A stretch of DNA of 64,000 nucleotides from Thermoanaerobaculia bacterium. GTDB lineage: Bacteria > Acidobacteriota > Thermoanaerobaculia > UBA5066 > DATFVB01. The notes beneath the pieces are model-generated. The model was not told where the DNA came from. It saw nothing but the letters and a program-made list of their open reading frames with translations, and did not search any database. A program made the translations under genes and the position numbers. The stretch lies in assembly GCA_035717485.1 (NCBI GenBank), contig DASTIQ010000283.1:2846-66845 (forward strand). The letters run 5' to 3'. This document shows, piece by piece, positions 9,459-21,952 of this stretch; position 1 is the first letter of the stretch, and every line of letters begins with the position of its first letter.

Positions 9459-9680
9459 ATGGGAATCATGGACAAGATCAAGGAAGAAGCCCGGGAACTG
9501 GCGGAGAAAGGGAAGGAACTCGCGGTGGCCCAGGGGCGGGAGCTCCTCGCGGAGGGCAAGCAGACGCTCGCCACGAAGGCGGAAGAGCTCAAGAACCAGG
9601 CCGGCCAGAAGGTCGCCGGCATGGTGGACGAACAGAAGAAGAAGCTGGCCGAAAAGCTGCCGGCCGGGTTCAAGAAGTGA
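9459..9680 (+). CDS. small hydrophilic K/E-rich coiled-coil protein (LEA/CsbD-like stress-protein candidate)
   Basis: 73 aa. AAAGGAG ribosome-binding site 7 nt upstream. Divergent from the first mscL. Confidence 0.6.
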   Translation: MGIMDKIKEEARELAEKGKELAVAQGRELLAEGKQTLATKAEELKNQAGQKVAGMVDEQKKKLAEKLPAGFKK

Positions 9681-9684
9681 GAGC

Positions 9685-10791
9685 GTGATGCGAACGACGA
9701 GACTGGGAACGATCCTGTTCGCGGCCTGGGCCGCGATCCTGCTGGCCGGGCCGCCTCCCGCCGACGCCAGGGCGAAAGCGAAGGAGCCGGCGAAGGCGGC
9801 GTCGACTGCGGCGGTCGACATCAACTCGGCGTCCCAGAAGGAACTGGAGGCCCTCCCCGGCATCGGCGCCGCGACGGCGAAGAAGATCGTCGCGGGACGG
9901 CCGTACGCGTCGGTCGCGGACCTCTCGCGCGCGGGAGTTTCCGCGAAGACGATCGAAAAACTGACCCCGCTCGTCACGGTCGGCGGCGCATCGGCCACGC
10001 CGAAGAAATCGTCCGCCCCCGCGAGCCCTTCGGCCCGGGGAAGAGAGGCCGCTCCGGCGGTTTCGGGGGCGATCGATCTGAACACGGCGTCCGCGAAGGA
10101 GCTCGAGGCGCTGCCCGGCGTCGGCTCCGCGACGGCGAAGAAGATCATCGCCGGGAGGCCGTACTCCTCGGTGGAGGATCTCGCGCGGGCGGGACTCTCC
10201 GAGAAGACGATCCAGAAGGTCACGCCTCTCGTCAAGGTCGACGCCGCCGCGAGGCCGATGAATACATCCGCCGCCCCGAAATTCCCTGCCGGCAAGGCGG
10301 CTGCCCCGACGACCGGCGGCCGGGTGGACGTCAACACCGGTTCGCAGAAGGAGCTCGAGGCGCTTCCCGGCGTCGGCCCGGCGACCGCGAAGAAGATCAT
10401 CGCCGGCCGGCCGTATGCGTCCGTTCAGGACCTGTCGCGCGCGGGGATCTCCGCGAAGACGATCGAAAAGATCTCTCCGCTCGTCACGGCCGGGGCCGCG
10501 GCACCGGGAGCGAGCTCCGGGGGAGCCGGGGCCGCGGCCGCCCCTTCGCCGGCTCCGGCCGCGCCGCGCCGCGCGGGCGCTCCGGCGACGGCGGCTCCCG
10601 CCCCCGTGCCTTCCGCGCAGGCGCAGACCCCTCCGTCCCCGGGAATGGTGTGGGTCAACACCGCGACGAAGGTCTACCACCGCGAGGGCGATCCCTGGTA
10701 CGGGAAGACGAAGGAAGGGAAGTTCATGAACGAGGCGGACGCCATCAAGGCGGGATATCGGGCGTCCAAGCAGGGCATGCCGAAGAAATAG
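9685..10791 (+). CDS. secreted protein with three tandem ComEA-like helix-hairpin-helix modules and a C-terminal W/Y/G-rich module
   Basis: 368 aa with a signal peptide. Three copies of ...N[ST]AS.KELEALPG[IV]G.ATAKKI[IV]AGRPY.SV.DL.RAG[VIL]S.KTI.K.TPLV... and a C-terminus GMVWVNTATKVYHREGDPWYGKTKEGKFMNEADAIKAGYRASK. Confidence 0.75.
   Translation: MMRTTRLGTILFAAWAAILLAGPPPADARAKAKEPAKAASTAAVDINSASQKELEALPGIGAATAKKIVAGRPYASVADLSRAGVSAKTIEKLTPLVTVGGASATPKKSSAPASPSARGREAAPAVSGAIDLNTASAKELEALPGVGSATAKKIIAGRPYSSVEDLARAGLSEKTIQKVTPLVKVDAAARPMNTSAAPKFPAGKAAAPTTGGRVDVNTGSQKELEALPGVGPATAKKIIAGRPYASVQDLSRAGISAKTIEKISPLVTAGAAAPGASSGGAGAAAAPSPAPAAPRRAGAPATAAPAPVPSAQAQTPPSPGMVWVNTATKVYHREGDPWYGKTKEGKFMNEADAIKAGYRASKQGMPKK
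9811..10488 (+). repeat. three tandem ~258-bp intragenic repeats encoding the HhH modules
   Basis: The repeat units at aa 43-98, 129-185 and 213-268 of CDS 9685..10791 are about 80% identical at the DNA level. Confidence 0.7.
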
Positions 10792-10912
10792 CCCGGCGTC
10801 GCAGCGGTCGCGCGGCCCGCCCCTGGCCGGATGCGAGGAGTCAATAATACACGATCTCGGCTCCCCGGGGCCGATGGGCGCGCGCCGCTGAACGCCTCGT
10901 TCTGACGAATGT

Positions 10913-10940
10913 CCGGCGCGGCCAGGAATCGCCGCGCCGG
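10913..10940. terminator. GC hairpin between convergent genes
   Basis: CCGGCGCGGC-caggaatc-GCCGCGCCGG, a 10-bp stem immediately after the second mscL stop. No U-tract. Confidence 0.3.
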
Positions 10941-10946
10941 CTCATC

Positions 10947-11363
10947 TCACGCCGCCTGCGGCTGGCCGCAGGCCTTGCAGCGGCGGGCGCCGGCCGGGAT
11001 GATTTCCTCGCATTCCAGGCAGGTCTTCGTCGTGATCTTCGAGGACGCCCTCGGGATGAACGCCTTCGCGATCAGGAAGACGACGATCCCGATGATGAAG
11101 AAGTCGATCGCCCGTCCGAGCAGGTCGCCGTAAGCGATCGCGTTCTCGGTCATCTTTCCGGTGCCGTCCACCGCGCGCGAAAGCACGATCTTCGCGCTCC
11201 GCCAGTCGCCCGCCGGAAGCAGGAGTCCGGCGATCGGGTTGATGACGTCGTCGGCGATCGCCGAGACGACCTTGCCGATCGCGGCGCCGATGATGACGCC
11301 GATCGCGAGCGCGAGGGCGTTCTGCTTGAGCAGGAACTGCTTGAACTCGGTCCAGAGGTTCAT
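10947..11363 (-). CDS. mscL: large-conductance mechanosensitive channel paralog with a C-terminal CxxC-x10-CxxC zinc-ribbon tail
   Basis: 138 aa. MNLWTEFKQFLLKQNALALAIGVIIGAAIGKVV...; tail KTCLECEEIIPAGARRCKACGQ. GGGAGGAG ribosome-binding site. Confidence 0.88.
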   Translation of the reverse strand: MNLWTEFKQFLLKQNALALAIGVIIGAAIGKVVSAIADDVINPIAGLLLPAGDWRSAKIVLSRAVDGTGKMTENAIAYGDLLGRAIDFFIIGIVVFLIAKAFIPRASSKITTKTCLECEEIIPAGARRCKACGQPQAA

Positions 11364-11381
11364 GTTCTCCTCCCGGGCCGA

Positions 11382-14276
<2,895 letters not shown>

Positions 14277-14420
14277 CGATTCTTAGCCTATCGCAACGAT
14301 CCCGATTCCCAGGATTCGAATGCATCAGCGGCGCGGGGCGGCGGAAGGTCCGGTAGAATTCCGACCGATTTCCCCGAAGAGCAACGGACGCCCGCGCGAA
14401 GCGGGCACGCAGGAGGAAGG

Positions 14421-17400
14421 ATGAGACGGATGGCGGCGGCGCTCTGGTTGATGGCGGCGGTGATGGTCGCGCCCGGGCACGCCGGGACGACCGCCGCGGA
14501 ATCCCCGGGCTCCTCCGAGCCGTCCTCGGAGCCGAAGCGCGCGTTTCCCGAGGAGGCGAAGAAGACGACTTCGGCGCAGCCTTCGGAAGAGGAGGAGAAA
14601 CCGACTCCCGAGGGGCTGGAGGCTGAAAAGAAGGCCGGCCCCTTCGCGGGACTCAAGTTCCGTTTCATCGGGCCTCCGGGCAACCGCGTCAGCGCCGTCG
14701 TCGGCGTGCCGGGCGATCCGAACGTCTATTACGCGGGCGCGGCTTCCGGCGGCGTGTGGAAGTCGATCGACGGCGGAAACGAGTGGAAGCCGGTCTTCGA
14801 CAAGGAAGACGCCCAGTCGATCGGCGCGATCGCGATCGCCCCTTCGGATCCGAACGTCGTCTGGGTCGGGACCGGAGAGACCTTCATCCGCAGCAACGTC
14901 TCGATCGGGGACGGCGTCTACAAGTCGACCGACGCGGGGAAGACCTGGAAGCACATGGGCCTGGAGAAAACGGGACGGATCGGCCGCGTGATCGTCGATC
15001 CGCGGGATCCCGACACCGTCTTCGTCGCGGCCCTCGGGACCTGCTACGGTCCGCAGCCCGAGCGCGGCGTGTATCGCACGACCAACGGCGGGAAGAGCTG
15101 GGAGCGGGTGCTCTTCGTCGACGAGAACACCGGCGCGTCCGACCTCGCGATGGACCCGAAGAACCCGAGGGTCCTCTTCGCGGGAACCTGGCAGATCGAC
15201 ATCAAGACCTGGGGGAGGAAGAGCGGCGGCCCCGGGTCGGGAGTCTGGGTCTCGCGCGACGGCGGAACGACGTGGAAGCGCATCAAAGAGCACGGCCTTC
15301 CCGATCCCCCCCTGGGCAAGATCGCGGTCGGGATCGGGACGAACGATCCGGACCGCGTCTACGCGCTGATCGAGACGGGGGACAAGGGGTCTCTCTGGCG
15401 CTCGGACGACGGAGGAAATGCCTGGCGCCTCGTCAATCGCAGCCGTCTCCTGAACGAGCGCCCGCACTACTACACGCGGATGCTGGTCATGCCGGACAAC
15501 GCGAACGAGGTCTATTTCCCGTCGAATTCGATGGGCGTGACCTACGACGGCGGGGAGACCGCCGACCAGGTCGACTGGGCCGGCGACAACCACGACATGT
15601 GGGCCGATCCGAAGGACCCGAGCCGGATGATGATCGGGAGCGACATCGGGGTCGTGATCTCCACGACGCGCGGAAAGAAATGGAACTGGACGCGCCTCCC
15701 GATCGCGCAGATGTACCACGTCGCGACCGACAGCCGGATCCCGTACCAGGTGTACGGACAGATGCAGGACGGCGGGTCGATGCGCGGCCCGAGCCGCAAC
15801 CCGGGAGGCGACGGCATTCCCCCCGCCCTCTGGACGACGACCGCCGGCTGCGAGACCGGGTGGAACACGCCCGACCCGGTGGATCCGGACGTGGTGTGGG
15901 GCGGGTGCTACGCGGGAGTCGTCGAGCGCTACGACGGCAAGACGCGGATGAGCCGGTCGGTGTCGGTCTGGCCGGAGCGCACGATGGGCGCCAACGCGGG
16001 CGAGGTGAAGCTGCGGATGAACTGGACCTTCCCGATCGCCATCTCGCCGCACGATCACAACACCGTCTACGTCGGGAGCCAGTACGTCCACGAGACGACC
16101 GACGGCGGCGAGCACTGGAAGACGATCTCTCCCGATCTCACGACGAATGACCCGTCGATGATGGGAGACTCGGGCGGCCTCACGGTCGACAATCTTTCCG
16201 TCGAGTACGCCGGCGTCGTGTTCTCGATCGCGGAGTCGCCGCTCTCGAAGGGGGAGATCTGGGCCGGGACGAACGACGGCGTCGTCCAGGTGACGCGGGA
16301 CGGAGGCGGGCACTGGTCCAACGTCACCCCTCCGAAGGCGATGCTCCCGCCGAAGGGGACCGTCGGTTCCGTCGAACCGTCCTCCCACGAGAAGGGAACC
16401 TGTTACGTCTCGGTCGATCTCCACCAGGTCGACGACCGGAATCCGTTCGTGTTCAAGACGGCCGACTGGGGGAAGACGTGGAAGGCGGTCGCCGGCGACC
16501 TGCCGAAGAGCCCGCTCTCGTACGTCCATGTCGTGCGCGAGGACCCCTTCCGGAAAGGAATGCTCTACGCCGGCACCGAGAACGGCCTCTGGGTCTCGTT
16601 CGACGACGGCGCGCGCTGGCGGCCGCTCCAGGGGAAGCTCCCGCATGCGCCGGTGTCCTGGCTGACGGTCGAGCCCAGATTCCACGATCTCGTCGTCGCG
16701 ACCTACGGACGGGGATTCTGGATCCTCGACGACGTCACCGCGCTCGAGCGATGGGTCGAGCCGAAGGGAGATGCGCCGGTGGTTCTCTTCCCGTCCGTCC
16801 CGGCGTACCGATTTCGTGCCGTTTCCCAGCCCGCGTACGCGCCGGTGGGCGCCGCTCACGGCAAGAACGGTCCGGACGGCGCCTTCATCACGTACTGGAT
16901 GAAGAAGGAAGTTCCGAAACCGAAGAAGAAGGACGAGGGCGAGGACGAGATCCCGGAGAAGGAGAAGCCGCCGCTCGTCAAGATCCGGATCTACGACGCG
17001 GCGGGGAACAAGGTGCGGTCGCTCCGCGGATCGAACGAGAAGGGTTTCAACCGCGTGGACTGGGATCTCCGGTACGACCCGTTCCGGGAAGTGAGGCTCC
17101 GCGCGACGCCGCCCGGGAATCGGCACGTGTGGGAGGAGAAACGGTTCGTCGGGAAGGACCGGCGCCCGGTCCTCTATTACGGGATCGAGGACGCGACGCA
17201 GGGTCCGCTCGTGCCGCCGGGGACGTACACGGTCAAGCTCGACGTCGACGGGCGGGAGTACTCGACGCCGGTCGAGGTCCGGAAGGATCCGAACTCGGGG
17301 GGAACCGCGGCGGACGTCGAGGAGGGCACGAAGTTCTCGCTCGCGATCTATCGGGACACGAACGCCGCCGCCGGGATGATCAACCAGCTCGAATGGGGCC

Positions 17401-17846
17401 GGCTCGAAGCGGAGAGATTCCGCAAGATGGTCCGCGCCGAGAACGGGGATGCGGCGCTCGTCGACGCCGCCGACGCGCTCGGAAAGAAGATGCGCGCGGT
17501 CGAGGCGGAGCTGCTGCAGCCGACCATCGCGGAAGAGGACCAGAAGTCGTTCCGCGGTCCGCTCGGCCTGTATCTGAAGTTCATCTGGCTCAACGCCGAG
17601 GCGGCGACCGGCGCCGCCGACGTTTCCGGGAACGCCGATCTCGGGCCGACGCAGCCCGAACGCGACGTCTTCGCGCTTCTCGACGGCCGCCTGAACGACG
17701 CGAGGAAGGAGTTCGAGGAAGTGTTTTCGGCCGACGTCCCGGCATTCAACCGCGCCATGGAAGCGAAGGGATTCGGCGCGATCGTTCCCGTCAAGGAGGT
17801 CCTTCCGGAGTTTCCGCCGGCGAAGGAAAAGAAAGAGGACGAGTAG
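14421..17846 (+). CDS. secreted sortilin/Vps10-type BNR (Asp-box) repeat beta-propeller protein
   Basis: 1141 aa. ATG preceded by AGGAGG. Signal peptide MRRMAAALWLMAAVMVAPGHA. Many Asp-box motifs (SxDxGxTW: STDAGKTW, TTNGGKSW, SRDGGTTW, TTDGGEHW, TRDGGGHW, KTADWGKTW). It is the in-frame C-terminal part of track ORF 12078..17846, whose N-terminal 780 aa are acnA antisense shadow. Confidence 0.8.
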   Translation: MRRMAAALWLMAAVMVAPGHAGTTAAESPGSSEPSSEPKRAFPEEAKKTTSAQPSEEEEKPTPEGLEAEKKAGPFAGLKFRFIGPPGNRVSAVVGVPGDPNVYYAGAASGGVWKSIDGGNEWKPVFDKEDAQSIGAIAIAPSDPNVVWVGTGETFIRSNVSIGDGVYKSTDAGKTWKHMGLEKTGRIGRVIVDPRDPDTVFVAALGTCYGPQPERGVYRTTNGGKSWERVLFVDENTGASDLAMDPKNPRVLFAGTWQIDIKTWGRKSGGPGSGVWVSRDGGTTWKRIKEHGLPDPPLGKIAVGIGTNDPDRVYALIETGDKGSLWRSDDGGNAWRLVNRSRLLNERPHYYTRMLVMPDNANEVYFPSNSMGVTYDGGETADQVDWAGDNHDMWADPKDPSRMMIGSDIGVVISTTRGKKWNWTRLPIAQMYHVATDSRIPYQVYGQMQDGGSMRGPSRNPGGDGIPPALWTTTAGCETGWNTPDPVDPDVVWGGCYAGVVERYDGKTRMSRSVSVWPERTMGANAGEVKLRMNWTFPIAISPHDHNTVYVGSQYVHETTDGGEHWKTISPDLTTNDPSMMGDSGGLTVDNLSVEYAGVVFSIAESPLSKGEIWAGTNDGVVQVTRDGGGHWSNVTPPKAMLPPKGTVGSVEPSSHEKGTCYVSVDLHQVDDRNPFVFKTADWGKTWKAVAGDLPKSPLSYVHVVREDPFRKGMLYAGTENGLWVSFDDGARWRPLQGKLPHAPVSWLTVEPRFHDLVVATYGRGFWILDDVTALERWVEPKGDAPVVLFPSVPAYRFRAVSQPAYAPVGAAHGKNGPDGAFITYWMKKEVPKPKKKDEGEDEIPEKEKPPLVKIRIYDAAGNKVRSLRGSNEKGFNRVDWDLRYDPFREVRLRATPPGNRHVWEEKRFVGKDRRPVLYYGIEDATQGPLVPPGTYTVKLDVDGREYSTPVEVRKDPNSGGTAADVEEGTKFSLAIYRDTNAAAGMINQLEWGRLEAERFRKMVRAENGDAALVDAADALGKKMRAVEAELLQPTIAEEDQKSFRGPLGLYLKFIWLNAEAATGAADVSGNADLGPTQPERDVFALLDGRLNDARKEFEEVFSADVPAFNRAMEAKGFGAIVPVKEVLPEFPPAKEKKEDE

Positions 17847-17855
17847 GGACTCCGC

Positions 17856-18956
17856 CTAACGCCGCAGCGCGAGCGCTCCCGCCGCCGACAGGGCGAGCGC
17901 GAGAACAGCGAGTCCGGTCCCGCCGACGGCGGGAACGGTCGGACGGGTTTCCACCCGGATCGTCAGCGCGAGGTCTCCCGAGCAGCCGAGGGCATCCGTC
18001 GCGGTGATCGTCACCGGAAAGGTCCCGATCGCGTTCGGCGTGCCGGAGAGGACGCCGGTCGAAGAATCCAGAGAAAGGCCGGGGAGCGCTCCGGTCTCCG
18101 AGAACGTGAGCGGGGGCGTCGCGCCGGATGCCGAGAACGTGACCGGTGCGATCGCCGTTCCGGGGACGACCGCGATCGGATTTCCCGCGGACGACGAGAC
18201 GGCGAGGGGCGTCGAGGTCCCGGTCAGCGAGAAGCTTCCGTTGAACGCCGGCGCCGGGTTCCCGCCGACGATGTCGGTCCCGATCCGGAGCCAGTCGGGA
18301 GCGAGGTTCTCGTTCCGGATCCACGTCTGGAGGTCCGGCGTGAACGACGCGACCGGATGCGCCGCCGACAGCCAGAAGAAATCGCCGGTGTTCAGCCGAA
18401 CCTGAGGGACGAAGAAATAGTGTCCCGCCGGCAGGCCGATCCCCGGCGAGAACGCGACGTCGAACTCGACCTCCGTGCCCGTCACCGGGCCTTCGCCCCC
18501 GGTCGTCTGGTTCGGAGACTTGTTGATGCCGTTCAATACCGAATTGGAGGCGGTGTAATTCGTAAGCAAAACGGTCGTCGTGAAGGTCAGCCCGGCCGCG
18601 GCGCTGTCGCGCGACGCGAAGGCCGCATCGGACGGGGAGTTCGCGCGTGTCGGGACGGAGGGCGTCCGGATCGAATCGGAATCCTGGGGGAAAACGCGGT
18701 AGATCTCCACGACGACCTCCTCGGCGGTGGCGTCGGCCGGAAGGAGCCCCGTGAACGTCGCGCTCTCGATCGTGGTCGCGCAGGGAACGAGGAAGTCGTC
18801 TGCCGCTTCGATCTCGATCCCGCCCGCCAGGGAGGGGCGCGACGCGGCGGCCATTCTCCCGTCCGGCGCCCCCGTGTCGATGAGGACCGATGAGCTCCAC
18901 GCCGTGGCACAGATGAGGACCGAAAGGATCGCGGCGATCGGGGCCGGTCGTTTCAT
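17856..18956 (-). CDS. secreted protein with a cadherin-like (putative-Ig) domain and a C-terminal PEP-CTERM-like sorting tail
   Basis: 366 aa from MKRPAPIAAILSVLICATA, with a GAGGAG ribosome-binding site. ...ALPGLSLDSSTGVLSGTPNAIGTFPVTITATD is a dystroglycan-type Ig-like domain. The C-terminus PTVPAVGGTGLAVLALALSAAGALALRR is a hydrophobic helix plus RR. Confidence 0.65.
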   Translation of the reverse strand: MKRPAPIAAILSVLICATAWSSSVLIDTGAPDGRMAAASRPSLAGGIEIEAADDFLVPCATTIESATFTGLLPADATAEEVVVEIYRVFPQDSDSIRTPSVPTRANSPSDAAFASRDSAAAGLTFTTTVLLTNYTASNSVLNGINKSPNQTTGGEGPVTGTEVEFDVAFSPGIGLPAGHYFFVPQVRLNTGDFFWLSAAHPVASFTPDLQTWIRNENLAPDWLRIGTDIVGGNPAPAFNGSFSLTGTSTPLAVSSSAGNPIAVVPGTAIAPVTFSASGATPPLTFSETGALPGLSLDSSTGVLSGTPNAIGTFPVTITATDALGCSGDLALTIRVETRPTVPAVGGTGLAVLALALSAAGALALRR

Positions 18957-19038
18957 GTTCTTCTCCTCTCGCGCCGAGGCCGTGAGTTCCCCCGGATTGT
19001 CGGCCGCGGCCCGGCGAGAGTCAACGTCCCGCGGGTAT

Positions 19039-19085
19039 TTGACCGGTCTTCGCGGATGACGGAAAATGCCTGTTTGGCCTGACAC
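19039..19085 (+). promoter_or_regulatory. candidate sigma70-like promoter (TTGACC-17-GAAAAT) with a LexA-like palindrome CTGT-N8-ACAC immediately downstream
   Basis: TTGACC at 19039-19044, GAAAAT at 19062-19067, CTGTttggcctgACAC at 19070-19085. The uvrA ATG is at 19100. Confidence 0.3.
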
Positions 19086-19099
19086 GGCCAGGGAGTTCC

Positions 19100-21952
19100 A
19101 TGGGCGCACCCAAAGGACCGCGGGAACCGATCTCGATCGTCGGCGCGCGGACCCACAATCTGAAGAACATTTCGGTCGAGATCGCGCAGGGGAGTCTCAC
19201 GGTCGTCACCGGGGTCTCCGGTTCCGGAAAGTCCTCGCTCGCGTTCGACACGCTCTACGCCGAAGGACAGCGGCGCTACGCGGAATCGATGTCCACCTAT
19301 GCGCGCCAGTTCCTCGAGCGGCTCGACCGTCCCGACGTCGACTCGATCGAGCCGGTGCCGCCCGCGATCGCGCTCGAGCAGAAGAACGGCGTCACGAACG
19401 CGCGGTCGACCGTCGGGACGCAGACCGAGATCGCCGACTCGATGCGGCTCCTCTTCGCTCACGGGGGCGAGACGGTCTGCCCGGACGACGGCGCGGCCGC
19501 GAAACGCGGGGGGATCGATTTCGCCGCCGCGGCGCTGCGGTCTCTCCCCGATCGAACCCGGGTGACGCTGGTGGCTCCGGTCGCCGCCGGCGAAACCGCC
19601 GGCGACGTCGAAGCGATCCTGCCCGAGCTCCGGCGCGCCGGCTTCTTTCGGGCGCTCTCACCGGCCGGCGAGGTCGTCGAGCTCCCGGCGGAGCCGGACG
19701 GGATCGCCGCCCTCCGCGAAGAGGGGGGCGTGCTGCCGGTCGTCGTCGGGCGGTTCGCGATCTCGCCCGAGAACGGGCCGGAGATCGAGAACGCGGTGGC
19801 GGCGGCGTTCGCGATGGCGGGGACGCTCCGGGCGCGAATCCACCGTCCGGACGGAATCGAGACGAAGACCTTCCGGAGGGGCCTCTTCTGCCCGGAGTGC
19901 GGCCGGGAGTTCCGGGAGCCGACGCCCGCGCTCTTCGCGTTCAATTCGCCTCTCGGGGCCTGCGCGGCGTGCCAGGGATTCGGCCGGGTGATCGGCATCG
20001 ATTGGGACAAGGTGATCCCGAACCGCGACCTGACCCTCGACGAGCGCCCGGTCGCGCCGTGGAACACCCCCGCGTACGAGTCGGCCTACGACGAGCTCTT
20101 CCGCGCCGGCCGCAAGATCGGGCTTCGCCGGCACGTGCCGTTCTCGTCGCTCTCCGCGGCCGAGCGGGCGCTCGTCGAAAAGGGGAACGCGAAGTTCTAC
20201 GGGATCTCCGGTTTCTTCGAATGGCTGGAGACGAAGCGCTACAAGGTGCACGTCCGCGTCCTCCTCTCCCGCTACCGGGCGTACACGCGCTGTGCCGCCT
20301 GCGGCGGCGGCCGCCTCGTGCCGGAAGCGGCCTGGGTGCGATTCCGCGGGAAGACGATGGCCGAGTTGAACGAGATGCCGGTCGGCGAGCTCGCCGCCTG
20401 GTTCGACCGCGTCGAGCTCTCGGCGCGCGAGCGGGAATCGCTCTCCTCGATCTTCGGCGAGATCCGTTCGCGCCTGCGGTACCTGAACGAAGTGGGCCTC
20501 GATTACCTCACGCTCTCCCGGGCGGCGCGGACGCTGTCGGGAGGGGAGGCGCAGCGGATCGGTCTCGCCTGCGCGCTCGGGGGCGCGCTCACGAACACGC
20601 TCTACGTCCTCGACGAGCCGACGATCGGCCTGCACGCCCGCGACACGGGGCTGCTCCTGTCGATCCTCCGGAAGCTCGCCGACCGGGGAAACACCGTCGT
20701 CGTCGTCGAACACGATCCCGACGTCATCGCGGCGGCCGATCGGGTGATCGATCTGGGCCCGGAAGCGGGCGCCCGGGGCGGACAGCTCCTGTTCTCCGGA
20801 ACTCCCGCGGCGCTCCGCCGCGTCGCCCAGAACCGGACGGCCGCCGCGCTCCGGCGCCGCGAACGCGCGGCGCCGGCGGCGGGCAACGTCGTCCCCTTCC
20901 GCCGCGGACACGACCGGGCGATCACGATCGTCGGCGCGCGCGAGCACAACCTGAAGAACCTCACCGTGCGCCTCCCGCTCGGCCGACTCGTTTCCGTGAG
21001 CGGCGTCTCCGGATCGGGGAAGTCGACCCTCCTGCGCGACTGCTTCTTCCACGTCTACCAGCGGCGGGTCAAGGGAGTGGCGGCGGTCGAGATCGGCGCG
21101 GTCGACGAGATCCGCGGGCTGGATCACGTCTCCGACGTGCTCTTCGTGGACCAGTCGCCGCTCGGACGCTCGGCGCGCTCGAACCCCGTCACCTACACGA
21201 AGGCGTACGACGAGATCCGCCACGCGTTCGCGGCGACCGGGCGCGCGCGGGCGAACCGCGTGACGCCGCGCGATTTCTCCTTCAACACTCCGGGGGGCCG
21301 GTGCGAGGCGTGCCAGGGGACGGGCGTGACGACGATCGACATGCAGTTCCTGGCCGACGTCGTCGTGACGTGCGACCGGTGCGACGGCCGGCGCTTCAGC
21401 CCGAAGGTCCTCGCGATACGATACCGCGGCAAGAACATCGATGACGTGCTCCGCATGACGGTCGCCGAGGCGTCGGCCTTCTTCGCCGATCTGCCCAAGG
21501 TCACCCGCCGGCTCTCGCCGCTGGCGGAAGTCGGCCTCGCGTATCTCCCGCTCGGGCAGCCCACGTCGACGCTCTCGGGGGGCGAGGCGCAGCGCCTGAA
21601 GCTCGCGTCGTTCCTCGAAGAGAAGAGCTCCCCGCGCGGCAACCTCTTCCTGTTCGACGAGCCGACGACCGGGCTCCATTCCGGAGACGTCGACGTGCTC
21701 CTCGCGACGTTCCGGAAACTGATCGCGCGCGGGCACTCGGTCGTCGCGATCGAGCACCACCTCGACTTCATCGCCGCCTCCGACTGGGTGATCGACCTCG
21801 GGCCCGGCGGCGGCGACCGGGGGGGAGAGATGGTCGCCGAAGGGACGCCGGGCGAGATCGCCCGCTCTCCCCTCAGCGAGACGGGCCGCCATCTCGCCGG
21901 CAGGGCTCCCGCCGAGCGGACGGGCCCGAACGCGCGGCGGGTCCCCCGCTGA
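19100..21952 (+). CDS. uvrA: excinuclease ABC subunit A
   Basis: 950 aa. [11 protein letters not shown], two ABC ATPase modules (GVSGSGKSS ... LSGGEAQR ... GVSGSGKST ... [12 protein letters not shown]), and Zn modules CPDDG...CPECG and CAACQGFG. Confidence 0.92.
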   Translation: MGAPKGPREPISIVGARTHNLKNISVEIAQGSLTVVTGVSGSGKSSLAFDTLYAEGQRRYAESMSTYARQFLERLDRPDVDSIEPVPPAIALEQKNGVTNARSTVGTQTEIADSMRLLFAHGGETVCPDDGAAAKRGGIDFAAAALRSLPDRTRVTLVAPVAAGETAGDVEAILPELRRAGFFRALSPAGEVVELPAEPDGIAALREEGGVLPVVVGRFAISPENGPEIENAVAAAFAMAGTLRARIHRPDGIETKTFRRGLFCPECGREFREPTPALFAFNSPLGACAACQGFGRVIGIDWDKVIPNRDLTLDERPVAPWNTPAYESAYDELFRAGRKIGLRRHVPFSSLSAAERALVEKGNAKFYGISGFFEWLETKRYKVHVRVLLSRYRAYTRCAACGGGRLVPEAAWVRFRGKTMAELNEMPVGELAAWFDRVELSARERESLSSIFGEIRSRLRYLNEVGLDYLTLSRAARTLSGGEAQRIGLACALGGALTNTLYVLDEPTIGLHARDTGLLLSILRKLADRGNTVVVVEHDPDVIAAADRVIDLGPEAGARGGQLLFSGTPAALRRVAQNRTAAALRRRERAAPAAGNVVPFRRGHDRAITIVGAREHNLKNLTVRLPLGRLVSVSGVSGSGKSTLLRDCFFHVYQRRVKGVAAVEIGAVDEIRGLDHVSDVLFVDQSPLGRSARSNPVTYTKAYDEIRHAFAATGRARANRVTPRDFSFNTPGGRCEACQGTGVTTIDMQFLADVVVTCDRCDGRRFSPKVLAIRYRGKNIDDVLRMTVAEASAFFADLPKVTRRLSPLAEVGLAYLPLGQPTSTLSGGEAQRLKLASFLEEKSSPRGNLFLFDEPTTGLHSGDVDVLLATFRKLIARGHSVVAIEHHLDFIAASDWVIDLGPGGGDRGGEMVAEGTPGEIARSPLSETGRHLAGRAPAERTGPNARRVPR

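Noticed and set aside
8838-10400. 520-aa ORF antisense to the HhH-repeat gene, and ORF 8516..9688
   Set aside because: Low-complexity products overlapping two well-supported genes; shadow frames.
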